64,000 nt of DNA, taken from positions 62,001 through 126,000 of the forward strand of contig NIVC01001081.1 of the NCBI GenBank assembly GCA_002269645.1, read 5' to 3'. Below the pieces are notes generated by a model. That model had not been told where the DNA came from, searched no databases, and saw only the letters and a program-made list of their open reading frames with translations. Shown here piece after piece: positions 59,201-64,000 of the stretch. Both the position numbers and the translations under genes were made by a program. Within the stretch, counting starts at the first letter, position 1. Every line of letters starts with the position of its first letter. Source of the stretch: Macrostomum lignano (lineage: Eukaryota).

Positions 59201-61544
59201 TCATCACTGCGGTGGGAGTGGCGGAGTGTGCCTGCGTAAATTCATCACTGTGGTGGGAGTGCGGAGTGTGCCTGCGTAAATTCATCACTGTGGTGGGAGT
59301 GCGGAGCGGATGACTGGTCAACACATTGAAGAGACGGCAGCTGCATAAGACGGACGCTGCCTTCCTTTCTGGAAGCTTGCCAGCTGAGCTTACTGCTCAA
59401 GTCAATAACCTCTCTCATCTTAAAACAGCATCTGAGCGACATCTAAACAGCATCTGAGCGACATCTAAACAGCATCTGAGCGACATCTAAACAGCAGCTA
59501 AGCGACGTCTATGTGACATCGAAACAATATCTAAACAGCATCTGAGCGACATCTAAACAGCAGCTAAGCGACGTCTATGTGACATCGAAACAATATCTAA
59601 ACAGCATCTGAGCGACATCTAAACAGCAGCTAAGCGACGTCTATGTGACATCGAAACAATATCTAAACAGCATCTGAGCGACCTCTAAACAGCAGCTAAG
59701 CGACGTCTATGTGACATCGAAACAATATCTAAACAGCATCTGAGCGACCTCTAAACAGCAGCTAAGCGACGTCTATGAGGCATCGAAACAATATCTAAAC
59801 AGCATCTGAGCGACCTCTAAACAGCAGCTAAGCGACGTCTATGTGACATCGAAACAATATCTAAACAGCATCTGAGCGACCTCTAAACAGCAGCTAAGCG
59901 ACGTCTATGTGACATCGAAACAATATCTAAACAGCATCTGAGCGACCTCTAAACAGCAGCTAAGCGACGTCTATGTGACATCGAAACAATATCTAAACAG
60001 CATCTGAGCGACCTCTAAACAGCAGCTAAGCGACGTCTATGTGACATCGAAACAATATCTAAACAGCATCTGAGCGACATCTAAACAGCAGCTAAGCGAC
60101 GTCTATGTGACATCGAAACAATATCTAAACAGCATCTGAGCGACCTCTAAACAGCAGCTAAGCGACGTCTATGTGACATCGAAACAATATCTAAACAGCA
60201 TCTGAGCGACATCTAAACAGCAGCTAAGCGACGTCTATGTGACATCGAAACAATATCTAAACAGCATCTGAGCGACCTCTAAACAGCAGCTAAGCGACGT
60301 CTATGTGACATCGAAACAATATCTAAACAGCATCTGAGCAGACTCACGGGCAAACTTTTCACAGCGGAATCGGCAGGTCTCAAAGCAGGCCTCGGCATTC
60401 ATGTCTCCAGAAGGATCCGGGTTAATGGTGTTGGTGGGCGAGTGAGTCGTGGACTTGGTCATCCCTCTGAACCGGATGTGGTTAAATCTGTTCGGGTCAA
60501 AGACCACGATGCCGTGGTAGTGCGAAGAGCCGCAGCGTTTGATCTCGCAATAGTCCCACAGCATACGCATTTCATAAGAAATTTTGTTCACAAAGCACCA
60601 CGGCTTCAGGCGGGAGTTAGCGAACATTGTGTGCTCCAGCTCTGACAGCGGGTTTCTACAATAATTCCGCGGATTGGTGGCCAGAAAAAGCCTTAACTTA
60701 GACTTGGTCAGCCCCATGCTGACCAGCTCAGTCTGGAACGAGGACCAATGCAGGCACGGCTTGCCACTCCGGACGTGGTGAACAGTACCCGTGTACATTG
60801 CCCCAGTGTGGAAGAAGCAGTCCGAATCCTGGCTTGGCAACGGGATTTGGGTGATATGGATTAGCATTCCTCTAATGAGTCTTCCTATAGGCTAGATTAG
60901 CAATCCCATAGGCTAGATTAGCAATCCCATAGGCTAGATTAGCAATCCCATAGGCTAGATTAGCAATCTCATAGGCTAGATTAGCAATCCCACAGGCTAG
61001 ATTAGCAATCCCATAGGCTAGATTAGCAGTCCATGGATGAGCTCACATCCATCCGCATGCAGGCCAGTAGCGAGTTGGTCAGGGATCCTGGCCGACTGAA
61101 AGGCCGATTGAGGCGCCACAGCTTGGCATCGTTCCAGACGGCGGGCTTCAGCGCCTCCAGTCGTGTCAAGGTGGCATTGAGAAGCGTGGCCACCGAGCTG
61201 GTGTTCCAGGGCGGCATGCACCAAGTCTTGTGACTGTACAGCGGCTTCGGTGGCGGGCAGTTGCACTGACGTCTTCGCCATCGAATGTTGAGGCCCTTCT
61301 GGCAGGTGGTAACTCCGTGGCCAGTGTCCACGGGCTCCCAGTGGCACCAGTCGCCCAGCACCACACTGGCCATACATTCGTTGTCATTCAGACGAAGCTC
61401 ATATTTCGACGGTCTAGCGTAGAGGGCGCTCCGATACAGTGTTGCATTTTTGTTCAAGCAGCGATACGCCCCGAAGGCTTGGTGAGGCCAACAGACAGCC
61501 ACGAGCAGAATTAGCAGAGTCATTGAATGCAGGCGAAGATGCAT
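53239..61544 (-). CDS. Secreted mosaic protein: signal peptide, TSP1-like, kringle, WSC-like Cys motif, F5/8 type C (discoidin)-like, PAN/apple. Exons: 61047-61544, 60348-60891, 58738-59125, 57738-58212, 54614-54875, 54238-54522, 53239-53609
   Basis: Hydrophobic N-terminus MTLLILLVAVCW; GDWCHWEP..TTCQKG..RWRRRQC (TSP1-like); CFFHTGAMYTG..SGKPCLHW..NYCRNP..KPWCF..WDYCEIKRC (kringle); QWIIFDIG..RWVMIR (discoidin-like); CQFVCAVSRECKAFEF..FCRL (PAN). All junctions are phase-compatible, but the acceptors of exons 2-4 have alternatives. Confidence 0.82.
53633..53748. repeat. 22-bp minisatellite (CTGTCACTCCCGCAACTCCAGT)
   Basis: ~5 tandem units. Confidence 0.92.
53783..54229. repeat. 29-bp minisatellite (GTGTCACTCCGAATCAGAGGTACAGGGAG)
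   Basis: ~15 perfect units. Confidence 0.97.
54905..57710. repeat. 12-bp minisatellite (ACTCACTCATGA; sense strand TCATGAGTGAGT), ~2.8 kb
   Basis: Tandem units with higher-order blocks. Confidence 0.98.
58280..58720. repeat. 36-bp minisatellite (GGATTCCCCATATTTCTCAAGGTCAAACATTTTGTT)
   Basis: Tandem units. Confidence 0.93.
59101..59302. repeat. 5 x 40/41-bp array overlapping an exon of the kringle gene
   Basis: Units at 59101 (40), 59141 (41), 59182 (41), 59223 (40), 59263 (40). Confidence 0.97.
59424..60339. repeat. 66-bp higher-order repeat of three 22-bp monomers
   Basis: ATCTAAACAGCATCTGAGCGAC + (A/C)TCTAAACAGCAGCTAAGCGAC + GTCTATGTGACATCGAAACAAT. Confidence 0.96.
60886..61027. repeat. 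21-bp array (ATAGGCTAGATTAGCAATCCC) making up most of intron 1 of the kringle gene
   Basis: ~7 tandem units. Confidence 0.95.
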
Positions 61545-62002
61545 TCTTTTTTTTTAAATTATTTAACGTAGCTTAGCAAGATAGCAGTTGACATTCAGGG
61601 TGGCATTTGGCTCGCACTCTTCAAGTCGTCTGTCTCCCTGTGCTGATAGCCCGCCAATCTCTTTTGTCTATGGCCCGAGGCGTGTGAAAACGAAGTTTGA
61701 AAAACAAGATAAGATAGCCAAAGATAGCCTCGGGCCCTCAAATATTGTCTATGGCCACAAGACTGCGAGCGCATTGATTCAGTATACAGTCAACACGGCA
61801 ACACTAAGCAACATTGAATGGTCCGACCGGGCGTAGCTTGGTTGGGTGTTAAACCAGTGGGGCGTGGCTCTTGTGCGTTGGTGCGGGGGGTGGTGGGCCG
61901 GGCCTTGGTCACGTGCCCGCGGCCTGGGTGGCGTTTATTTAATACGGTGCGGGCTGTCGCTGACCCGCCAAGCGCGTATTGATTTTTTTTTCAATTTTTG
62001 CA

Positions 62003-63187
62003 ATGGCTGACCGCGACAAACTTATGCACCTGAGCAAGGTGGCTCTGCAAGCCTTGTGTGCCCACGCTAACATAAGCAGTCGGGGCAACAAGGCCGACCT
62101 TGTCAGCGCCCTGCTCGCAGCCACAGACCAGTCGTGGACAGATTCGCTGTTGCAGAACATGGAGCAATCTGAGCAAGAAGCCGAAGCAGACGACAACATC
62201 AGTACGGAGGCGGCTCGGGAGTCGGCGGCGGGCCTGGACGAGGACATCGCGAAGGCGGAGAAGGAGATCAGACTGTTGCAGCTACGCAAGGAAGCCGCTC
62301 AACTCAAGAGGGAGATCGGAGATCTGCAGCGCGAGTGTCCATCCACGCGTCCTATGAATCGCGGTGAGTGTGCCAAGCCTGCTGGCCCCAGTTACTTTCC
62401 TGATGGGTGTGATGATGCTGAATTAGACCAAAAAGATAATGGCAATGAGCTGCTTGACAGATTGTTGTCACAGAACAGGGCCAATGAACGGATGGAGTGT
62501 TCTGGTAGACGTAAGGCTCTCCTGGTTCGTGATTTCCTCGACGGCTTTGAGCAGGAAGAGGTGCTGGCTAATGGTTCTGGTGGCCGAATCACTTACAAGA
62601 GCAGAAAACCTAATCCAGATAGCATCACGGCAGCGCAGTATTTGGTAGGAAATTGCAGGCTGATGATGCAGATGATCAAGGATGGTGCCCTGGTGACTAG
62701 TAGAAATGGAATTGCCGACACGACTGATTTGATGAATTACTTACGCTACTCAATACAGATTGGCGAGCTGTTTGACGCAGGCTTCGGCCTTGCGCAGGTG
62801 AATCGTTTTGACGAGGACTACCGCACTAGGCAAGCTGAAACTGGCATGCGATGGAGCAAGGAGTCTATCCAACTCGTTGCTAAGCACTTAATCAGAACTG
62901 GAACTCCAGCAAACCATGGAGTCAGCAAGTCATTGCCCCAGCCACGGCAGCAGCGTTTTCAAAAACCAATAGACCTCAAGAGCCTCAGAACGCCAGACGG
63001 AGAAGAGACCTGCTTGCACTTTAATCGCCGGGGGTGCTTCCGGTCGAGCTGCAAATTCCGGCACGTCTGCCGCATCTGTTTCGAGGCCCACCCTGAGGCC
63101 AACCTCTATGCTGAAAGCAATATGCTGAAAGCATTGAACGAATGTAGAGTACATAAGAAACAATTGCTGATTCTCAGTTGTGAGTAG
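62003..63187 (+). mobile_element. DIRS/Ngaro-like (tyrosine-recombinase retrotransposon) gag ORF with N-terminal SAP domain; no pol/YR in the window
   Basis: LSKVALQALCAHANISSRGNKADLVSALL (SAP-like), a coiled coil, NRFDEDYRTRQAETGMRW and TCLHFNRRGCFRSSCKFRHVCRICFEAH, which is the CxxFN..C....C.F.H.C..C...H knuckle typical of DIRS/Ngaro gag; intronless. Confidence 0.72.
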
Positions 63188-63768
63188 CAGAGCAGAGTAG
63201 CTCTGTCTTATTCTTTGTCTTACTCTGTCTTACTCTGACTTGCTGATTCAAAAGTAACCAACTCCATCTCTAATTCTGTTGATAAGCAGATCATATGACT
63301 CAACTCGACCCATCAGCGAATATAAAACAGACTTGACCATAGACATTCCCTGCTCAAAACCCAGCCAATCCCGAACATACGTAGTCTCTGATTAAGTTAA
63401 TGACACTCTTATCACTATAGAATTTGGCTAAGTAATCAATGTTGAAATTTGAGGGCGCAAAAGCATAATACTATAATGTTATACTGTAGTCCTAAATATC
63501 AAATTTCAGCTCTGCTTCCACCTGTGCCCTTTATTGGCTAAGCGGAGTCCGGGTGAGCAGTTCTTGCTGCCCTTTCTGAGAGCTTTTGCCTATCCGTAAA
63601 CAAAAATGACAAAATCAGGAAATCCGGGAAAAAATCTGCTCGAATGCCGGCAATTCTGCGCCGATAATCATAAACATTTATTCCGGAGAAATAATTTCAT
63701 TTTCAGTTTGTGTTTTTCACTGCTTTTCGCTCATCACAGCGTTGCTTTGTCCTCAATTCAGCCTTGGG

Positions 63769-64000
63769 TCACACCAACTCCATGACCTCTTCGACGGACA
63801 GCATCTTAGTGAAGATGGCCAGATTCCTGATTCTGCCGTGCAGAAACCTGCTCGGGGGGTCGAAGTGCAGCATGCCCAGGAACATGCAGCCAATCTTAAC
63901 CGGGTCGGTGCCGTAGGTGCTGGGAGCCGTGTAGAAGTTCGTGTCCAGCTTCACTCCGTTCACCACGAAGTACCCGGATGTCGGGCCCAGAGCCATGGCC
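63769..64000 (-). CDS. 3' terminal exon of a LamG/concanavalin-A-like domain protein (gene continues beyond the right edge)
   Basis: YFVVNGVKL..KIGC..FLHGRIRNLAIFTKMLSVEEVMEL* fits the LamG C-terminal pattern; minus-strand AATAAA at 63677-63682. Confidence 0.75.
   Translation of the reverse strand, partial: AMALGPTSGYFVVNGVKLDTNFYTAPSTYGTDPVKIGCMFLGMLHFDPPSRFLHGRIRNLAIFTKMLSVEEVMELV

Overview
Eukaryotic (metazoan) genomic DNA. GC-rich exons, very short residual introns and pervasive intronic minisatellites suggest a Macrostomum-like flatworm (inference, not verified). About 40 distinct tandem arrays are present, and most long ORFs in the supplied track are translations of them. Manual splicing with phase checks recovers: a P5B-type ATPase (ATP13A family, minus, 13 coding exons including 18/33/57-nt micro-exons, running off the left edge); a decayed fibrinogen-domain gene; an intronless TMEM272-like gene; an ankyrin plus probable Mab-21/cGAS-like C-terminal pseudogene; FAM161 (plus, 8 exons); Gfi1/Senseless (minus, six zinc fingers, no SNAG found); a 7-exon secreted TSP1-kringle-discoidin-PAN mosaic protein (minus); a DIRS/Ngaro-like gag with a SAP domain; the 3' end of a LamG-domain gene; and three MITE-like elements. 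The main pattern is that 25 of 29 predicted introns carry their own minisatellite. Some units are built from splice signals or span exon/intron junctions, including one possible intron gain by tandem duplication. All gene models are hand-built and lack transcript support.
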